Positions 13,451-28,302 of a DNA stretch of 64,000 nucleotides are shown one piece after another. Below the pieces are notes generated by a model. That model saw nothing but the letters and a program-made list of their open reading frames with translations, was not told where the DNA came from and searched no databases. The stretch lies in the NCBI GenBank assembly GCA_964016885.1, contig OZ024740.1:218922001-218986000 (forward strand), written 5' to 3'. The position numbers and the translations under genes were made by a program. The first letter of the stretch is position 1. Each line of letters starts with the position of its first letter. Source of the stretch: Eledone cirrhosa (lineage: Eukaryota).

Positions 13451-13465
13451 ACACACTAAACTTAC

Positions 13466-13562
13466 AGCCACCAGAAGATATTCCAGAATCGGTCATATCA
13501 TCTGCAGATGTGTCATTTCCAGACACAGTTTCTGCTGTCCCAGCACCCATGCCAACAGTTAA
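13466..13562 (-). CDS. DHX9: DHX9 coding exon 3 (low-complexity linker)
   Basis: ctctctttcAG|LTVGMGAGTAETVSGNDTSADDMTDSGISSGG+T|GTAAGT; 97 nt, open in the expected frame, phase 0-1. Confidence 0.8.
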
Positions 13563-14554
13563 CTGAAAGAGAGAATAAATAATTATAACTGTACCATTAT
13601 CATATTTCTAGTTGTAAAATTTGGAAATTATTTTCTGGCTGCTATCATTAATAATGTAGTAGACCACTATTGTTTTACTTAAACACAAATATATTCAAGT
13701 TTTGAAGTAGTGAATTACAAGATGCAATGTATAACATATCTTTTGTAACAACTAGTAAGGAAAACTATCTACAAGTTAATCTGAAAATGTCTACTGAAAG
13801 GAGTTAAAGGAATATAAATTTCTTCACATATATGAGGCATATAAACCCATCGAATGGAAAAAGATGGGTATTGGCACATATGTGCTGACACCTATCTTTT
13901 TATTTAGTCAAAAAGTTACGGCAAAGCCTTCTATTTCAATTTCAAACTCTACTTGCTGCTTTCTAAACATATTTCCTATAAATGATATGTATAATTAGTC
14001 TGATATCAATTGAATTAGTACTCAACAAGAATGAGTCTTAATTTAAAAAGAAAAAGGAATGTAAGTACAGTATATATTAATATACAAAATGTTTTGAATG
14101 CAAGTAATTGTGGTATTAACTTTGAATGTTTCAGTATTTTATTGTCACAAGTCGGGATTACACAATTTTTGCATAAAAAAAAAAAAAATCAAAATAAAAT
14201 AAGACCTATTTTGATCAATTTTGTTCTATTCACTTTGTCTGGATCTGTACTTCATAAGCTAAACTAAATCATAACAGTATGTCTTTGGCACATAAGAAGT
14301 AGGAGTTAAGAGACATCATAGTGTGTTTTTAGACAGTACAAGGTTGGACCTCAAATTTTTCAGGTATTTTAGTAAGAGCCTCAGTTCTATCATGAAAAGC
14401 AACATGTTCAAGAACATAATGCATCACCTTATCCAGGTGTCACACATGGCACTAAAATATATATATATAAAAAATAAAACAAATAATGCCAAACATTTAA
14501 TTACAAGGTAAATCTATTTTCTAAAGGAAGACGAAAGTTGATATTACTACTTAC

Positions 14555-14689
14555 AGTAGGCACTTCTGATTGTTGAACCTGTCCCTGCCGAACTAAGTAC
14601 TGGACAAAATCCCGAGCAGCATTTGCCTGGGAATCTTTCTTACTGGTTGAATTACCAACCCCAATGTAATCAAAAGTATCAACTCGAAT
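14555..14689 (-). CDS. DHX9: DHX9 coding exon 2 (dsRBD1 C-terminal half)
   Basis: ttttcAG|IRVDTFDYIGVGNSTSKKDSQANAARDFVQYLVRQGQVQQSEVPT|GTAAGT; 135 nt, phase 0-0; GNSTxKKDxQxNAARDF motif. Not in the ORF track. Confidence 0.96.
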
Positions 14690-17600
14690 CTGAAAATTAA
14701 AAAGAAATAATAGTATTTTATAAGTGGGTTTTAGTTGCCTATAATATTATTCTGCTTCTTATGATATGTGTTTGTGTTCTGTCACAATGAAACAATGTTA
14801 TTTATGAAGGTCTATAAATTTATGCATAAAAATGAAAAAGATAAGAACATTTATAAAATATGCAATTTCCATGAATTGTTTAAAAATATTGTTAATTTTT
14901 AGCTGAGTTTCAATATCTTTACATTTCTTATACCCATATTGAAACAAAGTATATAAACTATGGAGAGATCGTAGTACAAATCTATCAAAATTATAGTTTT
15001 CACTCACAAAACATGGCTGGCTAAAGTAATGGGATTGAACCTAAACCCACATGGTTGCAAAACAAACATTTTAACCACATAGCCATGACTGAGCCTACAG
15101 GCATTGTAGTTTGAAACACTGTTTTAAGACACTATAATACGAGTTGATGTATTCATAAAACAACTAAAAGATATAAAATATCATCATCATCATTTTACAT
15201 CCGCTTTTCCCTGCTTGCAAGGGTATATATATATATATATATAGGAATTAATGAAGTCAGACAGACCCCACAGCCACAGTGGAGGTAACTTGTCTAAAAG
15301 AACAGTGACTAAATAGAAAATATCGACATGCTAGCATGGAAAAATGAACGTTAAATGATGATGATGACAGATAGTAAAGCAACCTCTTCCGTCCTGCTAC
15401 AAACAACCATTTTAGTGATGGTGGTATGATAAAATACATCCAGCCTATGCTGTAAATGGATGGTGATAGGAAGGATGTTGCTCAATCATAAAAAAAATCA
15501 TTAAATAAGTAAGATAGAAACAACAAAAATGTGTGACTTTGCTAGTGTGCCAGATGATAAATGCAACAGGTGGTGCACCACTGAGTCCTACCCAACCCAT
15601 ACAAGCATAGACAAAAGATAATGACCATATGCACAATTGTTATAAAAAAAATTTCTATTTGCTTGATGTTATGCATATCTATCCGGTTTAATTCACTGGC
15701 TTCTGCAGTCAGCAGAAATTCTTCAACAGAACTGAAAGGTTTTTACATGTAGTTATAGCCCTTAAACCTCTGGTCCCAGACCAAAGCAACAATAGATGAA
15801 GAATTTGCTGCATATTTATTTTCCAGGTAGAAAATGTGTGGCATTTAAAAGCAGGCATACTTTTATTATTATCATCATCATCTTATACTAGCATGGAGGA
15901 ATGAGTTCTTAATAGGAGCTACTGTCCTAAGTAGGTTGGGGAACATCGTTCCATACAACTAAATGCTCTTTCTAATAATGTAGACCACTTTACAGAGTGT
16001 ACTGAGTGCATTTTATAGTGGCACCAGCCAAAATAATCCTGGAAAGCCAATCATATGAAGTATAAAAATTTATCTGCATCTGTAAAATGGTACCCAGGGT
16101 GCTTTTTTCTATCATTTAAAATGCTTACACTGGGTGCAGCAGAGAGTCAAAGATAATTAGAATACAACTCATTTCAACTGCTGCAATTAATAAAAAAATT
16201 CCTCTTTTAAAATAATATTTCAGTTTTTCATTACTTGTTTAACTTAACATCTTGAATGATTTAGCAGGAAATATCTAAAAAAGAATAGGGTTGTTAATTC
16301 AAATATTCATAATATCTTTACTCGTAGACAGATAGCTGTGAAAATTTGCAGTATTACAGTAAAGAGTTCGAAGTTTAATTATGATGCACTCATAGAGCTG
16401 TTTTGTACTTTTCGACAATATCTTGCCAATGTGGCTTGATATTAAGAATTAAAGACAAAGAGAAGTTGCTATTAACATATAATCATCTACTATATATAAA
16501 TATACAAGTTTGTTACTAAATATTAAATATGTTCAAATTTGTAGATAGCACAAAATACTTGATGCCAGTAGCTTAAAAAATGTGACAACTCATGCCAGCA
16601 TAGAAAACCTAACAAAACCATCCAACAACAAGCAAAAAAAATGTTTATCTCTACAAGGAGCCTCCCACTATGTTAAGGGCTCCCAAACTTTTACTGTCAT
16701 TTCTTATTTTTTAGCAGAAATATTCCTAATTTATTTATTTATTTATGATTTTTTTTTTTTTAGGAAATATAGCTATGGTTTATAAATATATATTTGTACA
16801 AAAGCAGTAAAAGATTTAACCTAAGTTACATAAGTATGTAAATAAACACACTTAACATGCCTTTCATGTATCGCTCCATGGACTGAAAGGGAGTCAATGT
16901 CAGATCATTCCCTTTTATTCAGTCCATGGAATAATATGTAAAAAAAAATACAGAAGTCAGTGTATTTATCTTAACACATATACAGCTTTGGTTAAATCTG
17001 GTCCTGTCTCTATACAGATATATATTTATTGTAAATCTCAGCTGTTTAGAGCACTATTTACTATACTTGAAAATACACCGATCCAAATATAAGCCAACAC
17101 CCTATTTTATGTTTGAGAAATGGGCAAAGATCCAATCACTGTTAAGCCGAGGCAGCTAATCAACACATGTTTAAATGGTGTGGTTTTGAAATTCTCCAGA
17201 GTATAGAATATATTTATATTTCTTTCTAAGTTTCACAGCTCCATTATGTAATGCTTTTTTTTACCATTTCATCTGTTTTACAGTTTCAACAAATTTCTTG
17301 AATTTTTGTTTAGTTCTGGCCACTCACATGCTTGGATTAGTTGAAAATAGGAGATTGAGAACTTTATATAGGGATTCATAGAGTAGAAAAGGGAGGGAGA
17401 TACAAGTTTGAGAGAGGGGATGCAGAATGAGAGAAGGAAGAGAGTGAGAACAATAAAACACGTTAGAAGTAAGATTGAATACTATTACATCAAAGAAAAC
17501 CAGTCGGCATGCATGTATGTGTATTTTCAAAGGAATGCAAAAATAACACTAATGACAATGTATTAAATGTAAAAAACGGTTTCCTTGTAAAATAATAACT

Positions 17601-17784
17601 CTAGATATTTTAGCACCTCATTTACATAGAATTTGAAGTTTGTGAAAATCGTCAAAATATTGACTCCAAACATATATCTCCTTTAAACCAAACACTACCA
17701 TCTTAAGGAAGAATACATTAACACTCAATGTCCTGTACCACATTACACATTAAAAATCTTTATACTCTGATACTGCAAATTTTC

Positions 17785-18150
17785 ACAATGGCAGTGAGAC
17801 ATGGGCATTGTGTGCAGAGGACCTGCGCAGACTGGAGAGGAACAAAGCATGCATGCTCCATTGGATGTGTAATAGTAATATAAGTGAACGGGAAAGCATA
17901 AATGAACTAAGTGAGAAATTAGGAATAAGAGGGATCAGATGCTGTTTACTCAAGAGAAGACTACGTTGGTATGGTCACGTGATGTGCATGAAAGACGACA
18001 GCTGTATAAAAAAGTGCAGGGCGATCAAAATTGATGGAAGTTACAGAGTAAGTAGACCCAGAAAAACCTGGGACGATTTGATAAATTCCGACCTTACACA
18101 CACCTCTCTAAGATAATGTCACTGGACCGAGATCTATGGCGCTACTCAGT
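17785..18150 (+). mobile_element. RTE LINE 3' fragment
   Basis: ORF 17808-18116 contains RRLRWYGHV and RPRKTW, preceded by GSETW. Confidence 0.8.
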
Positions 18151-21100
18151 AATACAGAACACCCGCCTTGCCTATGTACATAGCGAAACCTACAGTCAGT
18201 AGGCACTTCTTAACCAAATATACACCCCCATCCCACTACCTCTACTCTGATGATGATGATGATGATCAGTCTAGTGGTAAATATACTATAAACATTTAAA
18301 ATAACAAACCCAGCTCTGTTTTCTAATCTTGATCCCTATCACCAGAAAAATGGCAGCATGATAGTATTGTAGCTTCTGTCATTAAAACACCCAAGAAACC
18401 TATGAGAAGTAACCTCATAGGGGGCTGGCTAAAACTGCGCAGTTATATATATATAAGGCATAACAACAAAAACAAAACTCACTGACAAGAAACAAAACCT
18501 AATATTTATCACTTCTAAACATATCACAATCTTTGAGAGTCTCTCATGAGAACACCACCATGTCTATCATTGTTAAAACATTAGATTCCTCCTTAGAAAT
18601 AAGGACCACTGATCCCTGACCAGTTGTTAAAACACTACAACACACAAATACGACCTACAATGGAGTACTGCTCACATCTATGGAACAGTGAGGTGATTCA
18701 GTTACACATACACACATGCTAAACACTACTCTATCAACTAAAAAGATTATTTCAGCAATTCCTAACTCAGGCGTGCTGGGTTTTTTCCCCTGCCTGCATC
18801 ATTTATCACTAAAGCTCTTCTCTATTAGATAACTACTTATGCTGTCTCATCTCCCAAACCCCGCCCGAAACATCCAGTGGATCATTCTAGTGTCATTTCG
18901 TTCCATCTTTCATTATATCTTCTTCATTCAGTGCCCAATGTCATACTACCAAGCAGTGTGACATTTTGTACAGAAGCAACACAATTTACTTTCCAGTCAG
19001 AGAGAAATCAACTCAGCATTGCCAACAGGAGCAATAGTTCATAGAACAAGTACCATTTGTCCTTACTCTGGTTATTATACTTTCACAGTAAACACAACAA
19101 ACACCTCCACTGCTAATTATGTCATCTTGACAGTCACACACAATCATATTATTTTACACTTGTTTTCTATGTTGGTAGGGGTTGAGTATATTGTTATCGT
19201 ACAAGTTAGTTCTTATTTGAAGTTACTACCTTTTGAAACAGGTTGGAGGGCCACATCTTATTCATATGGTCCATTTTAGGCAGTTTCTATGGCTGAATGC
19301 CCTTCCTAACGCAAGTGTAGTGCGCATATTCTATATTGGCACAAGCACTAGAAAAACGTCAGTACATTTATAACTAATGTCTCCATTAGTTCAAGGTAAT
19401 TGAGTGAAAAAATAGTAGTTGGGTGAGTGAATGAAGGGAGAAAGTGTATGATGAGAGAAACAGTGATTGGGTTGAGATGGTAATATGAATGGAGTAATGG
19501 AAGAAGCATATTAATTGTAGGAATAATAGAAGGGAGACAGTGATGGCAGCTACATGCTTGCCAATAAAAATGAATGACAAATAGTAATAGAGGTGGGTGG
19601 TGATAAAGAAGAGTGATGCATTTCTATACATATTTCAATTTTCCTCAAAACCAATTCAAAATAGTTCTAAATAAATTGCTATCTTCTGTCACCTGCTCTT
19701 TTCAGCCAAGGAGAGAGAGATAGAGAAAGAGAGTGTCCCTGTCCTAATACATTATAAACCAAGATCTAACAAACAAATCCCCTGAGGCTTCTTGATAAAA
19801 AAAAATCAAAAAAAATCAATGTCTCACCCTCCTTCCATCTCATTAGAACATGAGAACTGTATAAGAAAACTGCCACTTGAAAATTTGGTTTACAAATTTT
19901 TAAAACTAAAGAGAAAGATACTTGCAGGAAATAAAAGAAAAACCAAGAAAAACACACAATACACTAACCAATATATTTTATCATGGCAAGAAGTCTAAGA
20001 AACTAATATGAAAATGCTCATAACGTAAAAGAAAAAACTACATATGATTATATTTTCAGTCTCCACCCCACCCCCTCTCAAATTTCAAAATAACACCCAA
20101 ATAATATCATTCAGGGCATATATAAAAAAAAAAAAAATCATAAAAATGAAATCACTTATCCAGAAGTATTGAAAAAAAAAAAAAAAGAATTACTAGTATC
20201 TTTTAAAACGACTGACTGAAATTAAAACAAGAATATGAATGAATGTATGAAGTTCATGGATAAAGATAGAGACAAACAGATTAAGGTTTTTCGCAGATGT
20301 TATAAAAGATCAAGTATATGACTGAACTATAGTAACAGATAAGGTTAATGGGATGTAATGAGAAGAGAATTTTAACACTTCACAATAGAAATGTTAGAAT
20401 TCTCTACTTAATCATGGTACATTAACATTATCTTTTCATTTTATTGCTGTGACTTTTGTCAACACTAGTTTCAGTATTTAACTCTGGGTAGAAAACAACA
20501 CATGCATTTCTCCCCAGTAAGAAGGTTAACTAGAAATAAATTGGCAGAAGGCAGTGAACTGACAACCTTGCAGTATTTTTTTCCAGCTCTCTGCACCCTG
20601 AGTTGAAATTCTACCAAGATTAATATCGTTGCCCTTCATCCTTCAGATCTGATAAAATAAGGTATTAGTCCAGGGCAGTAGATTATTAGATGTGTTAGAG
20701 TATCAGATGAGATGTTTTGTGGTATATATTCCATCTCTTTGTTGTGTTTAAATACTGATGTGGCTTATGCCATCACTAGGTTTTAACACCACCACCTGGC
20801 CCTCAGCATTCAGGCCATGTCTTGCATTTGGAGATACCTTTATCCCCCCCTTCTTCCCAGTTTTCAAGGCTCTTTTACTTAAACAATATAAAAGAGAAAT
20901 TTCTCTAACTTTACTGACATGACTTGTGCCAACAGACACCAACACCTGTGTCCTTGAACTCTAGTGTTTAACTCAGAGTAAGAAACAATATACATTTAGA
21001 TTTGTTCCCACAATAGACAATTAAAAAATAATGTAAAAATTGAATTACTAAATTATATTTCCTAGCTAGAGGACATTGTCTCAAAATGTCCTTTAGTTTT

Positions 21101-23153
21101 TAGTTTCTACAGCTAGATGCTTTTCCTAAAGTCAGCTACTTTTCAGAGTATACTGGGTACATTTTATTGTGGCATTAACACAAGATAGAAAGATTGTCAT
21201 GTCATTAATACAAGAGATGAGACTTTTCTACCTTATGTAGTTAACATTTGAGCATCAAGGACCTTAAGTAATGTTCCAAGTGTATTTTGTAGTGCCACAA
21301 ACACTAGAAAGGTTGCCTTGTTGCAAGGCAAGTTTATAAACAGCAATATAGATCCATATTTCCCAAGTGTCTTAATAGAATTTAATAAACAAATTTGTGG
21401 GTTTTTTTTAAAAATATGAATAAACTCTTTCTAAAACAATTCTTGTTTCATTTAATGTCTTATTAAAATTAGGATGGTAGGGATTATCCATAAAATAGTT
21501 ATAGGTTCTGCAATTTGTGGAAAATCATGTGTAAGGTTTCTACAACAAAATAAATCTAGGAACTAATAATTTAGATGATATACACAGACCACTGATTCAT
21601 ATTCTTAGCCATTATAATGTGTTAGATGGCTCTATAAATTACATTTGGGTAACCATTTCAGTTTGTGTCAAAAGACAACTTCTCTGTACTCAATATGACC
21701 ATATGGCCTGTCTAGAATGTCAGTGGCTCCGTTTCAGTACTGACTTGGTTTATGTAGACCTGTCCAACCCTTGCTAGCAGGGAAGTGAACGTTAAATGAT
21801 GATGAATACCATTGGAAATGCTAGTTTTCGAACAATGAAATGTGATTTAGATTTATATTCAGTTATACAGAGAAATAAGGTTACAATACAACAGAATTTG
21901 AACCAATGAGCAAGTCTCCTGGTTTAGTAAAGTTAATGTGTGGAAAGCATGTTTAAATAAAAAGATATGGATGTGTCACAAAGGGGGTTTACTTTGCAGC
22001 CACATTGTACAGCACTTCAGTATCTTTTACCAATAACATATAAGTCAATTTAGGTAAAGAGATACTGTGCAGAAGCCTGGCATATAAATATAGATCCTTG
22101 TCATTTCTATGACTATTTTTCTATGCTTGCATGGGTTGATTGAATCTTCTCCAGTGCAGAGTACCTCTACTTGTGTTGTTTTGTCATTTCCTTTATGAGA
22201 TCCCACGTCCTGTGATCAGCTTTCACAACTTCTGCCCAAGACTTCCTAATTTTATCTCTACCACTTGGAACTCCTGGCCCTTCTTCAACCAACAATCATC
22301 ACCCACATGCATTATGTGTTTGGACCAACACAATAACTAATTCCACATGCCTAGATTTTCCCTCAGCTCATCTGCAATTTGTCGTTTGTGCACATCTAAA
22401 TAATTATTTAGGTATGTGTTGTATATATCCAGTTTAGAATAGGTATACTGTATCCATATGTATTGTTAGAGGCGACTAAAAGGTTTGGTATCAGTAAGGG
22501 CATCTGGCAGTAAAACATTGCTACAATGATCAGCATGAAGCCTAACCTCTGCTTTAGTTGGGAAAATAGCCTTAAAACAGTGTATGTGTGTGTGTGTTTA
22601 ACAAATTTATATCAACATAAGATTGAAAAATGGTGCTTTACAGAGAAAGTTCTTTGGATTTAGGTAGAAATAAGGTGAACCACTGACCCATTGGAAACCT
22701 GTAAATAATGATGATATTGTTCACTAATTACTAAAGAAAACAAGTATTTTTAACGATGATAGGTGCTAAATAAGGAACATATTTGGAATAAGCCAGAGAA
22801 TGGGAATAATTTGAGGTGGAGAGGTTTTTTGTTGGGGGTGGGTGTTGAGGTTCTGATACAAGTGGCATTCCAAATGGTGGAGTATATCTACAACTTGTAA
22901 ATCACTGTGGGAAAAAGAACTAAGCAAAAGAGTTTTCAACATTCAATGTCTCACATACACATCATTACTTATAACACCACTTTAAAGAGAACAAATAATT
23001 TTTTTAATTTATGAAAACAGGAAAGATGGTAAAACTTGGCAAATATAGGCATACTTAGATACTTTTATAGCCTTTTTTCGGGGGGTGCTTAATAAAAAAA
23101 ATATTTTAGATCAATTCTATTTTTCAATTTAAATAAGGTAAAATTTTACTTAC

Positions 23154-23264
23154 TTCACATTTGAACCGAGGCTTATGTTTCGGTCCACCAGTGTTGAATT
23201 CGTAAACAGGAGTAACCTTCTGTTTACCACACCAAGCATATAAAAACTGCTTGATATCTCCCAT
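23154..23264 (-). CDS. DHX9: DHX9 / RNA helicase A, first coding exon (dsRBD1 N-terminal half); the exon also has 5 nt of 5'UTR, starting at 23269
   Basis: Translates MGDIKQFLYAWCGKQKVTPVYEFNTGGPKHKPRFKCE, matching the DHX9 N-terminus (MGDVKNFLYAWCGK...). ttttcAG acceptor before 23269; GTAAGT donor after 23154; phase 0. Confidence 0.96.
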
Positions 23265-23647
23265 ATTCGCTGAAAATAATAAATATATAGTTAAATAAAA
23301 GTTATTTCTAATTAGCAAAAAAAAAAAAAAAAAACATCCTCCTCCTCATTGTTTTTACATCTAAATTGGCCCTTTATTTTATCAACCCTTGAAAGTAGAC
23401 CATAACAGGATTTGAACTAAGAGCAGAGCAAGTTGGAACAAATACCACAATGCATGTCTGATGCACTAATAACTGCCAATTCGTGACCTGGAAAACTTTA
23501 ACCCTGCCCCAAAACATGTTTATCTCAATGATGCAAAACACCTATTTTAAACAGTTTCTATTTAAATTAAAATTTTGCATTTTATGTTACAAATGCCATC
23601 TTAATGAAACAATATTAGTAAATCCCTCTAAATTCTCCATCTATTAA

Positions 23648-23878
23648 TTAACCCTTTTGTTACCAATTTGGCCAAAACCAGCTCTGGTTCTATGGAATAA
23701 AGTCACCCATTTTAAAGGTTTGCAATTTATAAAAATCTTCCAATATAATTTTATATAAGAACCTTACATTAAGTTACAATCTTAGTAATGAAATAATATT
23801 TTTACTAAATCCCTCAAAATTCTTCATTAATTAATTGAAAGAGTATTTTATTAGAAATGTGGTAATGAAAGGGTTAAA
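23648..23878. mobile_element. piggyBac-type MITE family B
   Basis: TTAACCCTTTTGTTACCA...TGGTAATGAAAGGGTTAA; decayed relatives near 4880-5090, 29690-29900, 49840-50080 and 57410. Confidence 0.7.
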
Positions 23879-25269
23879 AAATACCAAGTATTTAATGAGA
23901 AATATGGTAATGAATGGTTTAAATGTCAACAACTCATCTGCAATGTGAAGTGACATCTATTTTCTAGGTGGTGATAGAAGCACATTTAAAATTACATATA
24001 TAGCAAGGCTTGAGTTCAGCACATCTCAAACGATAAGCTCTATACTATCAAATTTTAACACACAGAGGGAGAAGAGTTAGGACCAAATGGACACACCAGA
24101 GCATAAGCAGATTGTATACAATTGCTGTGTTGTGTTCTTATACAAAAACTGAAAAATAGTTACAAGTTTTTTGGATTTTTTAAAAAGTTTTTAATAATCA
24201 TCCAAATTGAAAATATTTATTTAGAATTCGTAAAACAAAAGATAAGAGTAGAGATATATCTCAGCTATGCACCATGGACAAGGTGATAAGACATTCATTG
24301 CATTAGCCATTTCACCTCACAGGACTCTTTCCTCTGGTGCAATGATTTGATTTGGCAAAGGAAAATGGCAGAACACTGGAGGTCTCAATAGTGACCACTA
24401 AAAATGGAATCTACATCCAAGATAAGTTGCAGGAAAAAATAGGCCAAATTTATTTTATTTGTGAAAAAATTTTTGGAGAGATTTTTATAACAAGAAGCAT
24501 CTCTTATAATAGGCACAAGCATGGCTGTGTGATTATGAAGTTCATTTTGCAACTGCTTGGTTTTGGGTTTGGTCCCACAGCATGGCACCTTGAACACATG
24601 TTTACTACAACCTTGAACCAACCAATGTCTTGTGAGTTAAATTTAGTAGACAGAAACAGTGCAAAAGCCCATTATGCAGTCACATGTGTTCATAATTATT
24701 GTGTCCTGTAACTAGTAGCTTGATAAATAGATGAAATAAGACTTAAAAATAAGTACTTGAGAAAGTATAATCTAAATCATAGGTGTCTCAGCATGGAAGC
24801 AGTCCAATGACTGAAAGAAACTAATAAATAAATATATTGCATTCTATCAAATGAATATATCAGTACAATATAGTAGTTAATATTTTGTGTCCTCAGATAA
24901 ATCAGTTTTCCTGTTGCAGCTGGCCTAACTAGTCTCAATTATTGATAGTGGTTGGCAATAAAAGAGCATCTAATTATAAAGCAACTATTCCTCCCCAATT
25001 ATTCACAACTTTAACCCTTTCTTTACCATATTCCTAATGAAAGACAACCTATAAAGTTACAAATCATTTAAAAAATAATCAACAATTTGGAGGGATTTAG
25101 TAAAATAACTAATTTTCTCACCCATTGCTCCATCTCCCCTAGTAGTTTACTGCTGCTCCTTATTTGTCTGGCAGTTGCCCACCTATATCGCAACTAGCCC
25201 TCATATCTGGTGGCCGTATCACTATTCGCCACCTGTGACCAGCTCTCTAGCAGAAAAGCTCTGCTGAGA

Positions 25270-25655
25270 AAAAATATGATAACGAATACAAGTGGTCAAA
25301 ATGGAGCTCCTCCAAAGGGTCTTTAGAGAAACGTTTCACAATAGAGTGTGCAACTCGGAGATCAGAGTCACTCCAGGTAGAGCTGCTACTTCTCTGAATT
25401 GAGAGATCACAGCTCCGATACTATGGACATGTGGTTAGAATGTCTCATTGCTGGTCAAATTTTATGGGGAAAACCAACTGGCTGGAAACCCAGGGGGTAG
25501 ACCCTGAGCAAGATGTTTGGATAACATCCATGAGCTTGGCTGATCTCACTTGAGGATCCAGCTGGATCAGTTGCAGATGGTTGCTTCTGACAGGACCCGC
25601 TGGAAGTAATGTTTGAGGACTCTGCTCCCACAACCCTCTTAGGAATAAGATGAAT
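25270..25655 (+). mobile_element. LINE 3' fragment (RTE-like)
   Basis: Degenerate LLLRIERSQLRYYGHVVRM and GRPxxRW-like motifs. Confidence 0.6.
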
Positions 25656-27319
25656 GCATAGAGAAGAGAAAAGAGAGAGACACACACATATAGATATATG
25701 ACATGCTTCCTTACAGTTTTCCCCATATCAAATTCACTAACAAGACATTGGCCAGCATGTGACTATACAAGTAGGCACTTGCCTAGTGTGCCATGCAATG
25801 GGATAGAACTGCAAAGCAAACTTCTTAACCACATTGTCATGTGAATTAGATAAAAAAAGCATTTGGACTGAAGATTGTATAAAATTGAAATTAAAAATCT
25901 CTTTTACAAGTTTATTATTAATCCTTCCATAAATGACAAAAAGCCCAAGTCAGCATTAAGTTGATATGGTGCTATTCTACAGCTAAGTAAACTGAAGTAT
26001 TTAAAAAAAAATTTTGTCAGAGTGAAAAGGGCAGTGGTCATGACCCTTCCCAGGCCTCCAAGATTAGTAGGAGGGTGAGAGGAAGATATCCTCCAACCAG
26101 AATGGTTTCAATAGAGTTGACTCAGAATCAGGGGTTTAAACCAGATTACAGATTAAATAGACCACAGCAAAATTTGAACTCAGAATGCAGAAAATTAGAA
26201 GAAATGCTTTAACAATTCTGCCAACCCACCTACTTGGACTGGTACTTTATTTTATCAACTCTGAAAGAATGAAAGGCAGTGACCACAGTGGGATTTGAAT
26301 TCAGAACTATCTCTCTCTCTCTCACATACAACTCTACCAATTCACTTTAAGTTTTAAGTGACATATCTAAATGGATATTGAACTAAATCAGTTCAATGAT
26401 ATACACTGGTCCTTTTCACCTCTATATTTAGGAATCAAGGACGTGAAAATATTTTCTAGCAATTATGTTAAAATGTCAAATTTCCATCCAGCAATTGTTT
26501 TACAAGTTGCATTATAGCTATTTCATAATGGTAGCTAAAACACCAATATATCTAGACTACATAAAATAATATAATCTCAATGATGACAGCAACATGATTT
26601 GAATTTTGAATAATCAATATTACTTTCTGTGTATCTTTAAAATCACACTACACCATCATGATAATGTACATTATTTTTCACTGAATATGCTTATTAAACT
26701 CTAATCAAAATCTGTATCAAAACCAAAGTATGGTAGATGTTGCTGGGTTACCCCAATCAACTCTGCTTCAACAGACCTATAGCAGCTAACTGAAGCATTT
26801 TGCTAGCATAGCCAGTTGACTTAACAGTTACTTATGACAGGTAAAACAAGTACAGAGAAGTCACAAACAGATTTGGGTTTAATGTGGCACTGGCGCCACT
26901 AAATATGGTTGGGTAAGAAAGTGACAGTGCTATAACTGTTCAAATTACTATTCTATCTTATACATGATTTTTTAACCTGATTATTTTCTGTAATAAGTTG
27001 AACAAAGTTGGATATTTGCTTCAGGAGTTAATTGTCTTATGGCCATATATATCGTTCTAAAAGTAATTTATAAGATAATACAATGCCTGTGTTAGTGATT
27101 GAATCCATGAGAAAATACATAAACTATTATTTTAAATTGTTGAATAATTAACACCAATCTTAGATTTTACACTACTTTCTAATAATCTTTTACAAATTGT
27201 CACAAATAGAATTTATGTATTACTAATAAAACTAAAATAATGATATATTTTAACTTTTTACAGTTGAGTCAAATCTCAATCACATGAAATTAGTTGTGTG
27301 TGTGTTAGAGAGTCAGTTG

Positions 27320-27512
27320 CTTGCGGGGATTGGCAGTATCAGTAGAGGGTTGGATGCCATGCTTTGCAGCACAGTTACGTCCCTTTACGGACTGAGTTCA
27401 AATCCCGCCGAGGTTAACTTTGCCTTTCATCCTTACGGGGGTCGATAAAATAAAGTACCAGTAATACACTGGGTAATTGCTGGCCTTGTGCCAAAAGTAG
27501 AAACAATTATTG
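27320..27512 (+). mobile_element. tRNA-type SINE
   Basis: A-box-like TGGCAGTATCAGT, B-box GAGTTCAAATCCC, central GCCTTTCATCCTTACGGGGTCGATAAAATAAAGTACCAG. Close copies at 31950-32070, 39590-39720, 54870-54935, 60565-60645 and 60705-60815. Confidence 0.8.
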
Positions 27513-28266
27513 TTCTATAAAAACACAGTCATTATATATTTATTGTCCAATATAGTACATGTGAATGGGGGGATTAATTCTAGAAAATTATACACAATAT
27601 ACATTACACATCCCTAGTGAGGTGTGCTCTGGTTTCTTCTAAGACAAAAAATATTGATTTTTCTTATATTTGAAAGATATCATTTGCATTAGCCTCATAC
27701 AGCACTATTTATTTTATCAACCCTCAGAGGAAAGAAATGCATAATTAATTAGAGCAAATTTGAAATCAGATCAGTTAACTACCTAGCTAGATACAGTAAA
27801 AATCCACTCTAGGGCTCTACTTAAACAATCTTCTACAACCATCATATTAGGATTGGGTTTTTAGTTACAATACAAGCAATAACTGCATTTTTCTCATATA
27901 TAAGATGCTCTTTTAACCCCCAAATTTGGTGTCAAAAACTGCCCCTTCTATATACTAAAGGTATTATATAATCTAAAGTCTAAAGTCTTGTGGTCATCAG
28001 GGTGGTGCTTATCCCAGTTTCCATGGCATGAAGCAACTAAGAGTACAAGACCACCTCTCATGGACAGGATGTCAGCTCATTGCAGAGTTAAAACCCCCAG
28101 CAATTGCTGGTACGCATTTTCAGCTGAGTATACTGGAACAACGTGCAATGATGTGTTTTGCTCAAGAACACAACACACAACCCAGCCCAGGAATCGAATC
28201 CACGATATTATGGTTATAAGTCTAACACCTCCATTATATAACAGTATATGTATGTATGTGTGTGTA

Positions 28267-28302
<36 letters not shown>

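Noticed and set aside
27330-27412. tRNA-like A and B boxes
   Set aside because: No cloverleaf; they are heads of a multi-copy SINE rather than tRNA genes.
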